Shown here piece by piece: positions 62,375 to 64,000 of a DNA stretch of 64,000 nt (within the stretch, counting starts at the first letter, position 1; every line of letters begins with the position of its first letter). The position numbers and the translations under genes are program-made. Below the pieces are notes generated by a model that worked only from the letters and a program-made list of their open reading frames with translations, searched no databases and was not told the origin of the DNA. The stretch comes from a virus. Location of the stretch: positions 1 through 64,000 of IMG/VR virus record IMGVR_UViG_3300035181_001055; one strand, given 5' to 3'.

Positions 62375-62403
62375 ATTATATTGACATCTCTCCGCGATGT
62401 CAA
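62375..62403 (-). promoter_or_regulatory. Antisense sigma70 promoter
   Basis: TTGACA (62403-62398)-17 nt-TATAAT (62380-62375); TTGACATC/GATGTCAA inverted repeat spans the -35 and spacer. Confidence 0.85.
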
Positions 62404-62421
62404 CCTTTTTTTTGCGTCACT

Positions 62422-62429
62422 TATAAATA
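62422..62429 (+). promoter_or_regulatory. Late promoter (TATAAATA)
   Basis: Perfect consensus 30 nt upstream of the gp17 ATG. Confidence 0.8.
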
Positions 62430-62459
62430 CGAAAGTGTTTAACAATTTTCGTGATCACG

Positions 62460-64000
62460 ATGGCCGCTGTTTCTGATGTTCAGATTGATAGGACAGATCT
62501 ATGTTATAACGGGAATATCAAACTAAAGAAATCTGGTGTTAGCATCCCGTTCACGCAAGAACAAGTCGAAGAATATATCCGTTGCAAACGTGATATTGTA
62601 TATTTCATCAAGAATTATGTCAAGATCGTTTCTCTTGATCATGGACTAGTTCCGTTTGAATTGTATGATTTTCAAGAGGAAATGGTCAACACATTTCGAG
62701 ATAATCGTTATGTGATTTGTTTGCTTGCTCGACAGATGGGTAAAACGACAACGGTTGCTGCTTACTTGCTGTATGAGGCCATTTTCAAGAAAAATATGCG
62801 AATGGCGGTTTTAGCTAACAAAGGCGACACTGCTATAGAAATTCTCGATCGAATAAAGAAGATGTTTGAAGAACTGCCGTGGTTCTTAAAGCCAGGAGTT
62901 CAAGAATGGAATAAGAAATCGATTGAATTGAGTAATGGTTCGAAAATCATTTCTGCCGCAACAAGCTCAAGCTCCATTCGCGGTCAATCGATGAACATCA
63001 TATATCTCGATGAGCTTGCGTTCATTCAAAATGACGTCGAGTTCTTTGCTTCAACATACCCTGTCATTTCTTCAGGTAAGACGACTAAGGTTCTTATCAC
63101 ATCTACGCCTAACGGCATGAACCTTTTCTACAAGTTATGGGCTGACGCTGAAGCTGGTCGAAATAGTTTTGTTCCTAGGAAGTACTCTTGGCGTTACCAT
63201 CCGCATAGAGATGAAAAATGGAAAGAAGAAACGCTCAGAAACATTTCTCAGAAACAATTTGATCAAGAATATGAGCTGGAATTTTTTGGCAGCTCGGATA
63301 CACTTATAAGTGGCAACAAACTTCAGCAATTAACATTCATCGATCCTATTAAAACTGATACTATATTCAATGTTTATGAAGAGCCTGTTGAAGGGAAGAG
63401 TTATGTAGTGACAATTGATGTTTCTGAAGGGATTGGGAAAGACTATAGCGTAATCAATGTTTTCGACATTTCAATTCAGCCTTACAAGCAAGTCGCCGTT
63501 TACCGAAACAATATCATACCACCTTTGATGCTCGTTGATGTGGCGTATAAAATTTTGACTATGTATAATGAAGCTTATTGCATAGTTGAGTCGAATAGTA
63601 TCGGCAAAATTGTTGCTGACGGTCTTTACTTCGACCTAGAGTATGAGAATATGCTCACGTCAAAAGCAAAAGACGGAGAGAATGTGGTAAGCATCAGCGG
63701 AGAAGTTGTTGGGTTGAGGCAAACTAAAAAAACGAAGTTGATTGGTTGTAGTGCATTGAAAACTATGATTGAAAGCGGCACATTAGTAGTTACTGACTTC
63801 ATGACTGTGCAAGAACTTAGCACATTTGTTAAGCGTCATCATACATATCAAGCTGAGGACGGCAAAACAGATGACATAGTCATGACTTTGGTTTCGTTTT
63901 GCTGGTTCACCACTCAACCGTATTTCGAAGAACTGACTGATGTTAACGTTCGAGCTCTTATAAAGAGCAATTATATGAAAATGGAAGAAAACAATCATCT
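62460..64000 (+). CDS. gp17: Terminase large subunit (3' end outside the window, so absent from the ORF track)
   Basis: YNGN..LKK, ARQMGKTTT Walker A, YLDELAF Walker B, TSTPNG, DVSEG.GKDYS, DDIVM. Confidence 0.97.
   Translation, partial: MAAVSDVQIDRTDLCYNGNIKLKKSGVSIPFTQEQVEEYIRCKRDIVYFIKNYVKIVSLDHGLVPFELYDFQEEMVNTFRDNRYVICLLARQMGKTTTVAAYLLYEAIFKKNMRMAVLANKGDTAIEILDRIKKMFEELPWFLKPGVQEWNKKSIELSNGSKIISAATSSSSIRGQSMNIIYLDELAFIQNDVEFFASTYPVISSGKTTKVLITSTPNGMNLFYKLWADAEAGRNSFVPRKYSWRYHPHRDEKWKEETLRNISQKQFDQEYELEFFGSSDTLISGNKLQQLTFIDPIKTDTIFNVYEEPVEGKSYVVTIDVSEGIGKDYSVINVFDISIQPYKQVAVYRNNIIPPLMLVDVAYKILTMYNEAYCIVESNSIGKIVADGLYFDLEYENMLTSKAKDGENVVSISGEVVGLRQTKKTKLIGCSALKTMIESGTLVVTDFMTVQELSTFVKRHHTYQAEDGKTDDIVMTLVSFCWFTTQPYFEELTDVNVRALIKSNYMKMEENNH

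Noticed and set aside
483-63998. Numerous minus-strand and alternative-frame ORFs in the track (e.g. 6298-6855, 10171-10728, 16220-16993, 17607-18257, 52158-53003)
   Set aside because: They shadow well-supported plus-strand genes, tRNAs or repeats, and lack RBSs and motifs.
31-64000. Prophage or integrative element
   Set aside because: No integrase, att-like flanks or host housekeeping context; the content is entirely T4-like lytic phage.

Overview
64 kb of a large T4-superfamily myovirus genome, probably infecting a proteobacterium (sigma70-type early promoters, gp55-type NATAAATA late promoters). No integrase, rRNA, CRISPR array or reverse transcriptase is visible. There are three blocks. 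(1) 1-12 kb: tRNAs and nucleotide metabolism/replication genes (thermonuclease, two metallophosphoesterases, PRTase, thyX, dCMP deaminase, nrdAB, DNA ligase, QueD-like), plus a 43-aa ArfA-like ORF below the ORF-track cut-off. (2) 12-28.3 kb: an early accessory region built from about 11 copies of a palindrome + sigma70 promoter + leader cassette. The cassettes drive small genes, including several paralogue families (CxFGxx hexapeptide repeats, CxxC repeats, 22-aa HEAT-like repeats, a triplicated 65-aa protein), several visibly broken ORFs, ClpP, a PNK-like kinase, an MqsA-like zinc finger and three tRNAs. (3) 28.3-64 kb: the virion module (gp54, gp2, gp4, gp48, gp53, hub, gp5, inserted LamG/repeat genes, PAAR, gp25, gp6, gp7, gp8, VrlC-like protein, fibres, gp13-16, and gp17 running off the end). 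The strongest candidates for something undescribed are the covarying palindrome-promoter cassette array and the 710-bp gap between gp16 and gp17. That gap holds a perfect antisense sigma70 promoter, a densely base-paired ~400-nt putative RNA, twin hairpins with identical loops and AT-rich GATCT repeats (structured ncRNA and/or replication origin). All product calls come from recognising motifs by eye; no database searches or folding programs were run.
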